The notes below the pieces were generated by a model, which was given only the letters and a program-made list of their open reading frames with translations, did no database searches and was not told where the DNA came from. This document shows positions 1 to 10,888 of a DNA stretch of 32,000 bases, in pieces (position 1 is the first letter of the stretch; each line of letters starts with the position of its first letter). The stretch lies in the NCBI RefSeq assembly GCF_009734345.1, contig NZ_CP032551.1, forward strand, positions 270,001-302,000, given 5' to 3'. This DNA comes from Pseudidiomarina andamanensis (GTDB taxonomy: Bacteria > Pseudomonadota > Gammaproteobacteria > Enterobacterales > Alteromonadaceae). The position numbers were made by a program, and so were the translations under genes.

Positions 1-224
1 GAAAAGCGTTCAACCGCACCCAGTGGAATTTGCGCAATCACTAACATCGCTGTGAAAGCGAGGCCAATACGAATCACTTGGCGTTCAGTCATGGCTAAAT
101 CTTGCCCACTGGCAGAATAAACCGTGGCTAAACTTAATACGGCCAAAGTGAGTAGCCCAAGGAATAGGGGGCCGTCAATATGAAAACGCTGCAGCCACTT
201 ATTGCTTTCATTATTGCTGCGCAT
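1..224 (-). CDS. rodA: Peptidoglycan glycosyltransferase RodA (SEDS family). N-terminal part only; the gene runs off the left edge.
   Basis: My minus-strand translation from the ATG at 224 gives MRSNNESNKWLQRFHIDGPLFLGLLTLAVLSLATVYSASGQDLAMTERQVIRIGLAF..., a typical RodA N-terminus (HIDxxL...YSAS). It overlaps the mrdA stop by 14 nt and sits immediately downstream of mrdA, as in E. coli. Confidence 0.85.
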   Translation of the reverse strand, partial: MRSNNESNKWLQRFHIDGPLFLGLLTLAVLSLATVYSASGQDLAMTERQVIRIGLAFTAMLVIAQIPLGAVERF

Positions 225-2085
225 ATCGTTGTTCCTGTTCAAAATAGAAGTCGAGCAACTTTCTCGCCATTGGTGCGGCAACGCTACCACCACCACCGAG
301 GGTATTCTCAACTGCAATCACAACAACGAGCTCGGGATTATCAGCTGGTGCATAACCAACATACATGGCGTTATCACGGTAGCGCTCGTCAATTTCTTCG
401 GCGTTATATTCTTCTTCCTGTCCGATACTGCGAACTTGTGCGGTTCCGGTTTTACCGCCACTGGTAAATGTTGCGTCTTTAAACGCGCTGTGTGCCGTGC
501 CTTTGATTGAGCTGACCGTTAAATTGAGTGCACGCAATACAACATCCCAATTTCGGGGATTTTTCAAGGTAACCGGTTCACGTGTTTCAACAACGGCCGG
601 AAGCACAACTTCGCCTTCTTGGATAGCGTGTAATAATCTTGGTACCGGTCGCTCTCCACGATTAACAACTACCGCCGTACCGACAGCAAGTTGTATCGGT
701 GTTGTGGTCCAATAACTCTGACCAATGCCAATTGATACAGTTTCACCAGCGTACCAAGGTTGATTGAAACGGGCGCGCTTCCAGCCTCGTGACGGCATAA
801 CTGCGGATGATTCTTCAGCGATATCGATTCCGGTTCGAGCGCCGAAGCCATAGCGAACCATGTCGTCATGAATACTATCAATACCTAATTTCAACGCTAA
901 GTCGTAATAAAACGTATCACAACTCTCAACAATAGCATCGGTAACATTAACCCAACCATGTCCCCAGGCTAGCCAGTCTCGATAGCGGTGGTCGACGCCT
1001 TCAATTTGAAACCAACCTGGGTCCCAAACTTTTGTGGTAGGTGTGATAATGCCTTGTTCGAGACCAAGTACAGCAAGCTGTGGCTTAACCGTTGAAGCAG
1101 GGGGATAACCACCCTGCGTTGAGCGATTCAACAAAGGTGAATGGCGTGAGCTGAGTAAGCTCTGATATTGCGCGTATGAGATTCCTTGGGCAAACCAGTT
1201 AGGGTCATAGCTTGGTTTACTTACCATCGCACGTATAGCGCCATCGCTAGGATCCATTAAAATAATCGAGCCGCGTTCATCCCCAAGAAGGTCATACGCA
1301 AACTGTTGGAGCTCGATATCGAGTTCAAGATGAAGATCTTGTCCTGGAATTGGGGGCTCTACCGAGAGCGTTCGAATATTGCGGCCATGAATATCAACTT
1401 CAACTTGCTGATAGCCGATGGTACCGTGCAACAACTCTTCGTAATAGCGTTCAACGCCAAGTTTTCCGATGACGCGAGTGGCCGCATAATTGGCGTGCTT
1501 ATTCTGTTCGCGCAAGGTGTTTAAGTCATTCCGGTTTATTTTGGCAACATAACCAAGCGCATGCGTAATGGCTTCACCGTATGGGTAATGGCGAACGAGA
1601 CGTGCTTCAATGCTAACACCGGGGAATTCATGCTGACGGACTGCGAACTTCGCCGCCTGTTGCTCCGTTAAACCGTCTAATAAAATAATTTGGTTAAAGC
1701 GTCTTTCACGTCGTCTGTTTTCATGAAATTCTGCAATGGTTTCATCATCAATGGCGAGCAATTGCTGCAATTCGGTTAACGTTTGAGTTAAATCTTGAAC
1801 TTTCTCGGGGGTCACTTCAAGACTCATGACCGGTCGGTTTTCAGCTAATAAACGCCCTCGACGATCATAAATCAAACCACGATTGGGCGCTAACGGCACA
1901 ACCTTAATTCGATTATCATTTGAGCGAGTTTGAAAGCTTTGGTGGTCAACGACCTGCAAGTGATACATGTTGGTAAACAACACGCCGAAAGCGAGTACAA
2001 CAATAATTAAACTAACAAAAACACGGCGCCCAAACAGCGCAGATTCAGCATGATGATCTCGAATGGTGACGCGTTTATGCTTCAT
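211..2085 (-). CDS. mrdA: Penicillin-binding protein 2 (elongasome peptidoglycan D,D-transpeptidase)
   Basis: 624-aa ORF with an N-terminal TM anchor, the SxxK motif (ASTVKP) and a KTG motif (GGKTGTAQ). Lies in mrdA-rodA synteny. Confidence 0.95.
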   Translation of the reverse strand: MKHKRVTIRDHHAESALFGRRVFVSLIIVVLAFGVLFTNMYHLQVVDHQSFQTRSNDNRIKVVPLAPNRGLIYDRRGRLLAENRPVMSLEVTPEKVQDLTQTLTELQQLLAIDDETIAEFHENRRRERRFNQIILLDGLTEQQAAKFAVRQHEFPGVSIEARLVRHYPYGEAITHALGYVAKINRNDLNTLREQNKHANYAATRVIGKLGVERYYEELLHGTIGYQQVEVDIHGRNIRTLSVEPPIPGQDLHLELDIELQQFAYDLLGDERGSIILMDPSDGAIRAMVSKPSYDPNWFAQGISYAQYQSLLSSRHSPLLNRSTQGGYPPASTVKPQLAVLGLEQGIITPTTKVWDPGWFQIEGVDHRYRDWLAWGHGWVNVTDAIVESCDTFYYDLALKLGIDSIHDDMVRYGFGARTGIDIAEESSAVMPSRGWKRARFNQPWYAGETVSIGIGQSYWTTTPIQLAVGTAVVVNRGERPVPRLLHAIQEGEVVLPAVVETREPVTLKNPRNWDVVLRALNLTVSSIKGTAHSAFKDATFTSGGKTGTAQVRSIGQEEEYNAEEIDERYRDNAMYVGYAPADNPELVVVIAVENTLGGGGSVAAPMARKLLDFYFEQEQRYAQQ

Positions 2086-2086
2086 G

Positions 2087-2557
2087 TTACTCGCGATGAT
2101 AAGGGTGGTTAGCTGTCACACTCCATGCTCGGTACAAGCTCTCGGCAATCAGCACACGTACCAGTGGGTGCGGTAGGGTAAGAGCCGACAATGACCAGCG
2201 TTCGTCGGCGGCAGCGATACATTCTGGCGCCAGACCTTCAGGCCCACCAACCAGTAAACTGACATCGCGTCCATCCATGAGCCAATTCTCAAGCCGCTGT
2301 GCAAGTTGTGGTGTGGTCCAGCTTTTGCCAGTAACTTCTAAGGTGACAATGCGGTCACCTTTACCAACTGCGGCGAGCATGGCTTCGCCTTCTTGTCGGA
2401 GGATACGGGGTATATCCGCGTTTTTCCCGCGCTTGCCAGCACTAATTTCAATAAGCTCGAGTTGGCAATCGGCGGGAAAACGTTTCGCGTAGGTTTGGTA
2501 ACCGGTGCTGACCCAATCAGGCATTTTTTGCCCAACGGCAATCAGCCGAATACGCAT
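2087..2557 (-). CDS. rlmH: 23S rRNA (pseudouridine1915-N3)-methyltransferase RlmH (SPOUT)
   Basis: [15 protein letters not shown]...LLVGGPEGL...[18 protein letters not shown] prefer the ATG at 2557, which gives 156 aa like E. coli RlmH and forms a TAATG overlap with the rsfS stop. The ORF track starts 15 nt further upstream, at 2572. Confidence 0.9.
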   Translation of the reverse strand: MRIRLIAVGQKMPDWVSTGYQTYAKRFPADCQLELIEISAGKRGKNADIPRILRQEGEAMLAAVGKGDRIVTLEVTGKSWTTPQLAQRLENWLMDGRDVSLLVGGPEGLAPECIAAADERWSLSALTLPHPLVRVLIAESLYRAWSVTANHPYHRE

Positions 2558-2889
2558 TACTTGCGCCCCCAAAGCTTCTCTAGCTCGTAAAAGTCGCGAA
2601 TAGATTCCTGCATGATATGGACGACCACATCACCGAGATCAACGAGTACCCATTCTGAATGCTCATGACCTTCAATACCTAATGGCGCAACGCCATGGTG
2701 TTTCGCTTCAGTTGCAACGTAGTTAGCAATACTACGTACATGTGTTTTTGAGTTACCTGAACAAATGATCATGTATTCGGCAACATCAGTTTGATCGTGA
2801 ACATCAAGTACTTTAATGTCACGACCTTTGAGGTCTTCGACTTTGTCTACTACGAAATCGCGTAATTGTTCTGCTTGCAAGAGTTCCAC
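2557..2889 (-). CDS. rsfS: Ribosomal silencing factor RsfS (YbeB/IojAP)
   Basis: 110 aa with [18 protein letters not shown] and [14 protein letters not shown] motifs. Lies in nadD-rsfS-rlmH synteny. Confidence 0.92.
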   Translation of the reverse strand: MELLQAEQLRDFVVDKVEDLKGRDIKVLDVHDQTDVAEYMIICSGNSKTHVRSIANYVATEAKHHGVAPLGIEGHEHSEWVLVDLGDVVVHIMQESIRDFYELEKLWGRK

Positions 2890-2963
2890 ACTCCAATAAT
2901 TCGGCTAATAAAATAATCGCATAAAACGGGCGTAGTTTACCACGAAGCGATAGTAAAAATCAG

Positions 2964-3593
2964 CTAACGATAGAGTTGATGTGTTTGGATATAGTTAGCG
3001 ACTGAGTTAGGAACGTAGTGTGTCCAAGATTGTTCGGTTTGAATGGCATTACGAATGGCAGTTGCCGATATATCAAACGCTGGCGTTTCAGCAAGATAAA
3101 CACAGCCGCTCGCATGTTGATGAAGTTGTTCTGGTTGTTTCGTTTGTACGTTAGCTAACCACTGTTGAAGGGTTTCGCTAAACACATTATGTGAATGAGG
3201 ACGACGCATCACCACTAAATGCGCATGATCAAGCAAATGCTCCCATTTATACCAGCTTTCCAATCCAGCAAAGGCATCCTCGCCAACAATGAATACCAGA
3301 GTATCTTGCGGCCAACGCTGATGAAATTGCTCTAAAGTCAACTGAGTATAAGACTTTCGTGATTGCAATAACTCCCAATTATCGGCGGTGCAGTTGGGAA
3401 TGTCAGAGGCGGCAAGCGTTGCCATCGCGAAACGCTGTTCGGCTGTCGCACCAGGATAACTGCGATGTGGCGGTTGTGCACTCGGCAATAAAACTAAATG
3501 ATCGGATTGAATTTGTTCACAGACACTGGAGGCGGCATTTAAATGTCCCCAATGAATCGGATCAAAGGTGCCACCTAAAATTGCGCGCATCAT
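2964..3593 (-). CDS. nadD: Nicotinate-nucleotide adenylyltransferase
   Basis: GGTFDPIHWGH nucleotidyltransferase motif. 209 aa. ATGA overlap with the holA stop. Confidence 0.92.
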   Translation of the reverse strand: MMRAILGGTFDPIHWGHLNAASSVCEQIQSDHLVLLPSAQPPHRSYPGATAEQRFAMATLAASDIPNCTADNWELLQSRKSYTQLTLEQFHQRWPQDTLVFIVGEDAFAGLESWYKWEHLLDHAHLVVMRRPHSHNVFSETLQQWLANVQTKQPEQLHQHASGCVYLAETPAFDISATAIRNAIQTEQSWTHYVPNSVANYIQTHQLYR

Positions 3594-4609
3594 TGTGGTA
3601 ATCGACTCACTAATTCCGGTTGACAGTAGAGCGTGACCAAGTGCGTTGCCAGGGTTCCGTAATCTTCACCGGAATCACGTTTGAAAGCATATTCAAGTCG
3701 TGCGAGTAACTCTGCAGCTTTACTGACCGCCTGAGGCGACATACGTTGACAGAAGTTCCGATAGGGTGCCTCTTGATTACGCCATACGCCATTCTTGCGA
3801 CACGCGTCTGCAAAATTATCCGCTTGTTGTAACGTGCAAACCACCTGCCATTCACGCTGCAACATCCAATTCAGAATGGCTTCTTCAACCTCATCTTCAA
3901 GCAGTCGCGCAAGGCGGTGCAGGGCATTGCTAAGGTCGGCATGCAATATTGCTTCTTGCAACGCAAAGACATTGAAGCGGCTCTGATCTTGAGCAGCTTG
4001 CTGAATGGATTCAGCTGAGATTGGTTGCGGCAAATCAGTTAATGCAAGCTTCTGCAACTCTTGATCGAGCGCCAACAAGTTCCCCTCAAACCAATTGGCA
4101 AGCAGTTGGTTAGCTTCAGGGGTTAGTTGCAAGTTGTAACGCTGTGCCCGTTGTTGCACGAAGCGAGGTAAGCCGGCGCGATCAGGACTATTCGCATTAA
4201 CGATCGGGCCAGCCGAAGCTAAATCCTGATACCATTTTGATTTGAGTTGCTCTTGTTTTAGCTTTGGCCCAATGACAATAAGTATTTGATCATCTAGTGG
4301 CGCCTTTGCATATTGTCGCAAGGCATCGGCACCTTCACGACCGGGTTTTCCCTCTGGCAGCTCAAGCTCAATTACTTTCTGACTTGAGAAGAGGCTGAGG
4401 CTGGCGCTTTGGTCGGTGAGCAGACGCCAGTCGAACTGACTATCTTGCACATGTCGCTGGCGCTCATCAATACCATGCTGGCGAGCTATTTTGCGGAGTT
4501 GCTGTAAAGCGTCGTCAATCAATAAAGGTGCATCACCGAACACACTGATGACTGCCGGTAACCCTTGTTGAGAAAATTGGTCATGCAGTTGTGCAGGTGC
4601 GAGTTGCAT
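3590..4609 (-). CDS. holA: DNA polymerase III subunit delta
   Basis: 339 aa, the size of HolA. Sits in the lptE-holA-nadD order seen in E. coli. The N-terminal part (VFGDAPLLIDDALQQLR) resembles the clamp-loader delta N-domain. Confidence 0.85.
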   Translation of the reverse strand: MQLAPAQLHDQFSQQGLPAVISVFGDAPLLIDDALQQLRKIARQHGIDERQRHVQDSQFDWRLLTDQSASLSLFSSQKVIELELPEGKPGREGADALRQYAKAPLDDQILIVIGPKLKQEQLKSKWYQDLASAGPIVNANSPDRAGLPRFVQQRAQRYNLQLTPEANQLLANWFEGNLLALDQELQKLALTDLPQPISAESIQQAAQDQSRFNVFALQEAILHADLSNALHRLARLLEDEVEEAILNWMLQREWQVVCTLQQADNFADACRKNGVWRNQEAPYRNFCQRMSPQAVSKAAELLARLEYAFKRDSGEDYGTLATHLVTLYCQPELVSRLPQ

Positions 4610-4614
4610 CGAAG

Positions 4615-5103
4615 CTACTCCGAGAGATGTGCAATGGTCTGACGTAACAGCAACCGGGCGGCTTCTTCGCGCATTTCTTGAACAAGGACTTCTCGTTCAC
4701 GCGTTTTGGCCAAGGCAAAGTTTGGGTCATCTTGATAGTCACGATACACCTCAACTTGTTGCAGGGCAGAAATTTCACCTTGTTCAATGAGTTGATAGTA
4801 AACCGTGTAAATCATCTCGTATTCAGCTACTTGCCCTGACTGCGATAACGAGAGCGTTCGACGGTCTAGCGTATCGTCAAGAATTTCAATGACCAGACGC
4901 GTTTGCTGTGCTGACTCAATTTTTGCGCCGGCAAGGCTTAAACGGCGCTCCAAAACTTGTCCAAACTCGCTAAATGCAGGGGCTTCGATACTAACCGTTT
5001 GCATTGCTGCTGGTAGCTGATAATTATCACGCAGTTGAAAGCCACAGCCGGTTAGGGCTGTGGCAACTATTATAACGGTTAATTTCAGTATCAAATGCCG
5101 CAT
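4615..5103 (-). CDS. lptE: LPS-assembly lipoprotein LptE (RlpB)
   Basis: Lipoprotein signal with lipobox LTGC followed by GFQLR. 162 aa. Lies directly downstream of leuS. Confidence 0.88.
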   Translation of the reverse strand: MRHLILKLTVIIVATALTGCGFQLRDNYQLPAAMQTVSIEAPAFSEFGQVLERRLSLAGAKIESAQQTRLVIEILDDTLDRRTLSLSQSGQVAEYEMIYTVYYQLIEQGEISALQQVEVYRDYQDDPNFALAKTREREVLVQEMREEAARLLLRQTIAHLSE

Positions 5104-5106
5104 GGT

Positions 5107-7716
5107 TTAATTTGCCACAATGTTGAACAGTTTGCCTGGAACGTAAATTTGTTTACGGATGGTTTTGCCATCGATAAATTTTTGTACGTTTTCATCGGCA
5201 AGGGCAACTTCGGTAACTTGCTCTTGGCTGGCATCAGCTGGAACTGTAATTTTGCTACGAACTTTGCCGTTTACCTGCACAACCACAAGAACTGAGGTTT
5301 CAACTAACGCGTCTTCGTCAAATTGTGGCCATGCGGCAAAGTTAACGTCGTCGTTGTGTCCAAGCGCTTGCCATAATGCTTCACTCAGGTGCGGTGTGAC
5401 TGGCGCGAGCATCAGTACCATAGCGTCTAGAGCTTCGGCCATAATGCCGCGGTCGAGTGCGCTATCAAGCGGCGCTTTTTGCAAGCGATTCAATAGCTCC
5501 ATCACAGCAGCAATTGCGGTATTGAAGTGTTGGCGACGCCCCATGTCATCGGTGACTTTGGCAATGGTGCGATGAACTTCGCGACGAACCTCTTGTTGCG
5601 CCTCGGTAAGTTCGCTCCAAGCCTGGCTGCGTGGCTGCTCAGCAACCTCAACAAAATCGGCGACCAAACGCCAGACACGACGTAGGAATCGTTGCGCGCC
5701 TTCAACCCCTGAATCAGCCCACTCAAGTGTGGCTTCTGGTGGTGCTGCGAACATCATAAACAAGCGAACCGTATCGGCACCGTACTTGTCGATCATGACC
5801 TGAGGATCAATGCCGTTGTTCTTTGATTTTGACATTTTCGTCATGCCGCCGTGCTGCACCGGCTGGCCATCAGTTTTCAAAATTGCTGTGGCGATACGAC
5901 CTTTCTCGTCGCGACTAATTTCGACATCCAGTGGCGAGTACCAGGTGATTTTTCCTGATGAATCTTCACGGAAGTAGCTGTCGGCTAGCACCATACCTTG
6001 GGTTAATAACCGCTTGAACGGCTCATCGGAGCTAACCAAACCGGTATCACGCAGCAGTTTGTGGAAGAAGCGTGCGTACAATAGGTGAAGAATTGCGTGT
6101 TCGATACCACCAATGTATTGATCGACTGGTAACCAGTAATTCGCTTGTTCAGGGTTAAGCATGCCATCATGGAAATTGGCACTACAATAACGTGCGTAGT
6201 ACCACGACGATTCCATGAACGTATCGAAGGTATCTGTTTCATGCTCGGCTGGCGCACCGTTATAGGTTGTTTTTCGCCAGTTCTCATCGGCTTTAATTGG
6301 TGACGTGGTGCCATCCATAACCACATCTTCAGGCAAACGTACCGGCAGTTGGTCTTCTGGAACCGGCACCGATTCGCCGTTTGGCAAATTCAGCATCGGA
6401 ATTGGAGCGCCCCAATAACGCTGACGTGATACACCCCAATCGCGTAGGCGATAATTCACCTGACGACGGCCAATACCACGTTGTTCTAGATGCTCAGCGA
6501 TAGCGTTAAATGCATCGTCGCTCGATAAACCATTGTAATCGCCCGAGTTTATTGTGGTGCCTTTGGTTGTAATGGCACTCGAGTTGATATCTTCGTCACC
6601 AGATGCAGGGTTGATCACAACTTGAATAGGTAGATTGTAAGCGGTCGCAAATTCCCAATCGCGTTGATCGTGAGCAGGTACCGCCATGACTGCGCCTGAA
6701 CCGTAATCCATGAGAACAAAGTTAGCGACCCAAACAGGAATTTCTTCACCGGTCATTGGGTGAACCGCACGAACGCCGGTATCCATGCCTTTCTTATCAA
6801 TGGTCGCCAGTTCAGCTTCAGCCATCTTGGTGTTTTTGATGGTTTCGATAAATGCTGCGAGCTCTGGATTATTCGCTGCTGCTTCTTGTGCTAGCGGATG
6901 TTGCGCCGCTACCGCCATATAAGTGACACCGTAAAGCGTATCTGGGCGCGTGGTGTAAACGGTTAACTGACGTTCGCTATTGGCAATAGAGAAATCGATT
7001 TCTACGCCTTCAGAGCGACCAATCCAGTTCCGTTGCATGGTTTTAACTTGCTCTGGCCAACCTTCAAGTTGGTCAAGATCTGCGAGCAACTCATCGGCAT
7101 AATCAGTGATTTTGATAAACCACTGTGGAATTTCTTTTTGCTCGACAATCGCTCCTGAACGCCAGCCGCGGCCATCAATAACCTGCTCGTTAGCTAGTAC
7201 TGTTTGGTCAATTGGATCCCAGTTGACAGTCGCGTTCTTTTTGTACACCAAGCCTTTCTCAAATAGCTTCGTGAAAAACCATTGCTCCCAACGATAATAT
7301 TCAGGTGTGCAGGTGGCAATTTCACGCGACCAATCATAACCAAAGCCTAATGACTTTAATTGGTTACGCATGTAATCAATATTTTGATAGGTCCACTTAG
7401 CAGGCGCGGTTTGGTTCTGGATAGCAGCATTTTCTGCAGGTAAGCCAAACGCATCCCAACCCATCGGTTGCAATACATTTTTGCCTTGCATGCGTTGATA
7501 GCGGGCAACGACGTCGCCAAGCGTGTAGTTACGCACGTGACCCATGTGGAGCTTACCGCTTGGATAAGGAAACATCGATAAGCAATAAAACTTTTCTTTG
7601 TTTGGGTCTTCGGTAACGTTAAATACTTGGTCGTGTTCCCAACGTTGTTGAACCGCTGGTTCAACAACGGCCGGATCATATTGTTCCGCTATTTTTTTTG
7701 ACATCTGACTATCCAT
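5107..7716 (-). CDS. leuS: Leucine--tRNA ligase
   Basis: 869 aa with the HIGH-type motif (HMGHVRNY) and KMSKS. The start could instead be the second ATG, 4 codons downstream. Confidence 0.97.
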   Translation of the reverse strand: MDSQMSKKIAEQYDPAVVEPAVQQRWEHDQVFNVTEDPNKEKFYCLSMFPYPSGKLHMGHVRNYTLGDVVARYQRMQGKNVLQPMGWDAFGLPAENAAIQNQTAPAKWTYQNIDYMRNQLKSLGFGYDWSREIATCTPEYYRWEQWFFTKLFEKGLVYKKNATVNWDPIDQTVLANEQVIDGRGWRSGAIVEQKEIPQWFIKITDYADELLADLDQLEGWPEQVKTMQRNWIGRSEGVEIDFSIANSERQLTVYTTRPDTLYGVTYMAVAAQHPLAQEAAANNPELAAFIETIKNTKMAEAELATIDKKGMDTGVRAVHPMTGEEIPVWVANFVLMDYGSGAVMAVPAHDQRDWEFATAYNLPIQVVINPASGDEDINSSAITTKGTTINSGDYNGLSSDDAFNAIAEHLEQRGIGRRQVNYRLRDWGVSRQRYWGAPIPMLNLPNGESVPVPEDQLPVRLPEDVVMDGTTSPIKADENWRKTTYNGAPAEHETDTFDTFMESSWYYARYCSANFHDGMLNPEQANYWLPVDQYIGGIEHAILHLLYARFFHKLLRDTGLVSSDEPFKRLLTQGMVLADSYFREDSSGKITWYSPLDVEISRDEKGRIATAILKTDGQPVQHGGMTKMSKSKNNGIDPQVMIDKYGADTVRLFMMFAAPPEATLEWADSGVEGAQRFLRRVWRLVADFVEVAEQPRSQAWSELTEAQQEVRREVHRTIAKVTDDMGRRQHFNTAIAAVMELLNRLQKAPLDSALDRGIMAEALDAMVLMLAPVTPHLSEALWQALGHNDDVNFAAWPQFDEDALVETSVLVVVQVNGKVRSKITVPADASQEQVTEVALADENVQKFIDGKTIRKQIYVPGKLFNIVAN

Positions 7717-7735
7717 TCAACTGCTTATTTTTAGA

Positions 7736-7927
7736 TTAAAGTGCGTACCACATCATCAGCATTACAACGACACCAAAGATGCCAAAAAATGCATATTCGA
7801 GGCGCTCACGCTGTTGTGCATCCCGATCTTCGTTGCGGTGAAAAGCAAACATGCCTAGGCTAGTTACACCAAGTGAACCAGCGCCGACCAAAACAGCAAA
7901 TAATATAGCAGCAATAACGTTTTCCAT
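7736..7927 (-). CDS. Small hypothetical membrane protein (two predicted TM helices with a charged loop)
   Basis: 63-aa ORF with hydrophobic segments AAILFAVLVGAGSLGV and FFGIFGVVVMLMMWY flanking HRNEDRDAQQRERLE. A GGAG Shine-Dalgarno lies 8 nt upstream of the ATG. It fills the lnt-leuS gap on the same strand. Confidence 0.55.
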   Translation of the reverse strand: MENVIAAILFAVLVGAGSLGVTSLGMFAFHRNEDRDAQQRERLEYAFFGIFGVVVMLMMWYAL

Positions 7928-7981
7928 GGCGATTCTCCATGCTGAGATTAATGAATGTTTTATACAGTAGCTTGAGTAAGC

Positions 7982-9508
7982 TTAGTTTACTGATTTTGAG
8001 CGTGCTTGACTACGACGAAGTGCTATCAAAGTACTGACCAATGCCGTTAAAACAGCAATTAACCAAGCTCCTAACGAACCGAATAATTGATACAAAGTTT
8101 GTCCTCGAACTATCGGTACTTCAGCGCTTAACGCCGTTGACGTAAATTGAGGTGCTCGGGCTAATTCATTCCCATAGGCATCCACGACGGCAGTTATACC
8201 ATTATTAGTGGCGCGCAACAGTGGTCGGCCTAGCTCGAGTGCTCGCATACGAGCAATTTGCATATGTTGTGCGGGGCCATGCGATGCGCCAAACCAGGTA
8301 TCGTTACTTACCGTCAAAATATAATCTGTATTAGCTGAAACATTCGCGCGAACTTGCGCTGGAAATGCAATTTCATAGCATATCGCACCCGCCAAATGAA
8401 AGCCTTTCGCTCGTAAGTTTGGCTGTTCGAAGTCACCCCGGGTGAACGAGCTCATTGGTAAATCAAACAACGGCGCCAATGGACGAAGCAAATCTTCAAA
8501 GGGAACAAACTCACCAATAGGCAATAATTGATGTTTTTGATAGCGATTAGTGTGACCGTGCGCGTAGGGTTCTACCGGTTGAAATGGGGCATCGAGTCCC
8601 AACACAATCATCGTATTAAAGTACTCACTGTTTTGGTAATCAATGATACCGGTAATCAATGTGGTGTCAGTGTCTACCAAAGCTTTGTGAATATTCTTCA
8701 GAACATCGTCGGTGTATGGCTCAGGCATTGTAACGGCGGATTCTGGCCAAACAATGATGTCATGGGTTGGATAATGCGGGCGACTCAAATCCAAATATGT
8801 CATGAGCGATTGCCAATGCTGGTCAGGATTCCATTTAATAGACTGCTCTATGTTGCCTTGTACCAAGAGCACGCGAGCTTCTTCGCCGGTTGCTTTTATC
8901 GGGCTAATCCATGGCAAAGCAAATGGGATAATCAGTAAGCCAAAAGCGACCAGTCCGAATTCTTTGCGTTGGTGTTCAAACCAACAGAACAATGAAATGG
9001 CAATCGACCATAAAATAACCGTTACGCCAACACCACCTAACCAAGGTGCGTAATTGCCAAGCCAGCTATCGGTTTGTGTGTAGCCGAGTTCTAACCATGG
9101 AAATCCGGTAAGAAACCAGCCGCGAATCGATTCACTGATAAGCCAAGTAAGCGGCAGAATGCCGATTGCGAAAGCACCGAACTTGCGCTCGAAATATTTC
9201 CAAAGGAATAAGGCGAGAGCTGGGAAGATACTTAGATATATAAATAAAGCGGCGAGAACCGCAATTGACGCAAGTACGGGTAGGCCACCGAATTGATCGA
9301 TACTGACGTAGATCCAGCTCAATCCAGCGCTAAACCAGCCTAGTCCGAAATAGAAACCGATGCGCCACGCCATATATGGCGTAGCATGGCGGGTGGTGAA
9401 TAATAATCCGAATAATACAGGAAGTACTAACCATGCTTGCGAGAACGGTGCGTAACTGAAAACAAGGCTGCCACCGAGTAGCAACGCAATAATGCGGCGA
9501 ATGTTCAT
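7982..9508 (-). CDS. lnt: Apolipoprotein N-acyltransferase
   Basis: 508 aa with a multi-TM N-terminal half and a C-terminal CN-hydrolase domain (WPE, ICYE motifs). Its start abuts the corC stop. Confidence 0.93.
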   Translation of the reverse strand: MNIRRIIALLLGGSLVFSYAPFSQAWLVLPVLFGLLFTTRHATPYMAWRIGFYFGLGWFSAGLSWIYVSIDQFGGLPVLASIAVLAALFIYLSIFPALALFLWKYFERKFGAFAIGILPLTWLISESIRGWFLTGFPWLELGYTQTDSWLGNYAPWLGGVGVTVILWSIAISLFCWFEHQRKEFGLVAFGLLIIPFALPWISPIKATGEEARVLLVQGNIEQSIKWNPDQHWQSLMTYLDLSRPHYPTHDIIVWPESAVTMPEPYTDDVLKNIHKALVDTDTTLITGIIDYQNSEYFNTMIVLGLDAPFQPVEPYAHGHTNRYQKHQLLPIGEFVPFEDLLRPLAPLFDLPMSSFTRGDFEQPNLRAKGFHLAGAICYEIAFPAQVRANVSANTDYILTVSNDTWFGASHGPAQHMQIARMRALELGRPLLRATNNGITAVVDAYGNELARAPQFTSTALSAEVPIVRGQTLYQLFGSLGAWLIAVLTALVSTLIALRRSQARSKSVN

Positions 9509-10387
9509 TTAGTCCGCATCTACAACGTTATTGGCATCCGTCATGGTTACCTGAAGTTGCTGAATCCGACGCTTATCAGCACCGGTAACTTTAAACAAAA
9601 TACCACCGAGAGTTAACTCTTCACCAACTTGCGGCAAATGACCGAAGCCGTGGGCAACCATCCCACCAATGGTGTCATATTCTTCATCACCAAATGTCGT
9701 GTTAAAGTAGTCATTGAAATCTTCAATGGTGGTCAGAGCCTTCACGGAATAGCGTGATTTATTGATACGTCGAATATCCGCTTTGTTGTCTTCGTTGTAG
9801 TCAGTTTCGTCTTCAATTTCGCCAACAATTTCTTCTAAGATGTCTTCAATAGTGACAAGACCTGAAACACCGCCGTATTCATCTACAACAATGGCCATGT
9901 GATAGCGCTGTGAGCGAAATTCTTTCAACAACACATCAACACGTTTGCTTTCAGGAACAATCACCGCTGGGCGGATCACTTCAGATAAGGCAAACTCATG
10001 GTCGGTCATGCCAAAACCATAAGCGAGTAAATCCTTCGCGAGTAATATCCCTTCAATGTGATCTTTGTTTTCACTAACCACGGGGTAGCGGCTGTGCTGT
10101 GAGTCAATCACAATTGGTAAAAACGATTCGACGCTCTGGTTGATATCAATGGTTACCATTTGCGAACGAGGCACCATAATGTCGCGAACTTTAAGTTCGG
10201 CAACGTCTAGCACACCTTCGATCATTTCCTTGGTGTCATTATCAATTAAGTCGCGTTCTTCGGCGTCTTGGATTAAATCAACTAACTCTTCGCGGCTGTT
10301 CGGCTCTCCGGTAAAAAGTTGCAACAGTTTGGTTGCCCACGTTTTACGCGCAGAACCGTTGGTAGAGTGTGGATTATCATCGCTCAT
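9509..10387 (-). CDS. corC: Magnesium/cobalt efflux-associated protein CorC (YbeX; CBS pair plus CorC_HlyC domain)
   Basis: 292 aa with a tandem CBS region (MVPRSQMV..., [29 protein letters not shown]). Lies in ybeY-corC-lnt synteny. Confidence 0.9.
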   Translation of the reverse strand: MSDDNPHSTNGSARKTWATKLLQLFTGEPNSREELVDLIQDAEERDLIDNDTKEMIEGVLDVAELKVRDIMVPRSQMVTIDINQSVESFLPIVIDSQHSRYPVVSENKDHIEGILLAKDLLAYGFGMTDHEFALSEVIRPAVIVPESKRVDVLLKEFRSQRYHMAIVVDEYGGVSGLVTIEDILEEIVGEIEDETDYNEDNKADIRRINKSRYSVKALTTIEDFNDYFNTTFGDEEYDTIGGMVAHGFGHLPQVGEELTLGGILFKVTGADKRRIQQLQVTMTDANNVVDAD

Positions 10388-10405
10388 GTGCTGTTTTTAC
10401 TCCGT

Positions 10406-10888
10406 TTAGTGCTGGTCATCAGCGTAGTCATCAGCATAGGGGTCAGCATACCCCAGTGCTGCTAGAATGTCTCTTTCGAGCTGTTCCATATGCTCGGCTT
10501 CGTCGTCTTCAATATGGTCATAACCTAGCAAATGCAAGGTTCCGTGTACAACCATATGCGCCCAATGCGCAATCAACGGCTTATTCTGTTCATTTGCTTC
10601 GTTGGCAACAACCTCAGCACAAATCACCAAATCACCGAGTAAATTAATCGGCAACGGTATCGGAGACTCGAACGGGAACGATAGCACGTTAGTGGCATAC
10701 GCTTTATTTCGATATTGCTGATTAAGCGCTAAACCTTCTTCAGGATCAACAATGCGTAGGGTTAATTCTGTTTCTGTGATGCTGTTCAGGTGGTGTAGCA
10801 CCGCTTCAACCCAGGCTTCAAAAGAAGCTTCTGACGGCAAATCAGCTGCATCACAGGCAATCTGCACGTCGATAGTTACGTGGTTCAT
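10406..10888 (-). CDS. ybeY: Endoribonuclease YbeY (16S rRNA 3' maturation)
   Basis: [11 protein letters not shown] zinc-binding motif. 160 aa. TAATG overlap with the phoH-like stop. Confidence 0.93.
   Translation of the reverse strand: MNHVTIDVQIACDAADLPSEASFEAWVEAVLHHLNSITETELTLRIVDPEEGLALNQQYRNKAYATNVLSFPFESPIPLPINLLGDLVICAEVVANEANEQNKPLIAHWAHMVVHGTLHLLGYDHIEDDEAEHMEQLERDILAALGYADPYADDYADDQH

Noticed and set aside
180-510. ORFs 180..467 and 202..510 on the plus strand
   Set aside because: They are antisense to the well-supported mrdA and rodA coding sequences and have low-complexity, unrecognisable products. They are shadow ORFs. The same reasoning applies to other antisense or internal ORFs in the track, for example 8528..8938, 12744..13100, 13782..14114, 14118..14507, 20882..21208, 23316..23636 and 29001..29562.
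2558-2572. Upstream ATG for rlmH ([10 protein letters not shown]...)
   Set aside because: It would overlap rsfS by 16 nt and add five residues that are absent from E. coli RlmH as I recall it. The ATG at 2557 gives the standard TAATG coupling. I cannot exclude the upstream start without experimental data.
9526-9536. 10-nt match (CGTTATTGGC) to the heptad repeat inside the corC 3' end
   Set aside because: It is a single unit within conserved coding sequence, with no tandem heptads. This is compatible with a chance match.
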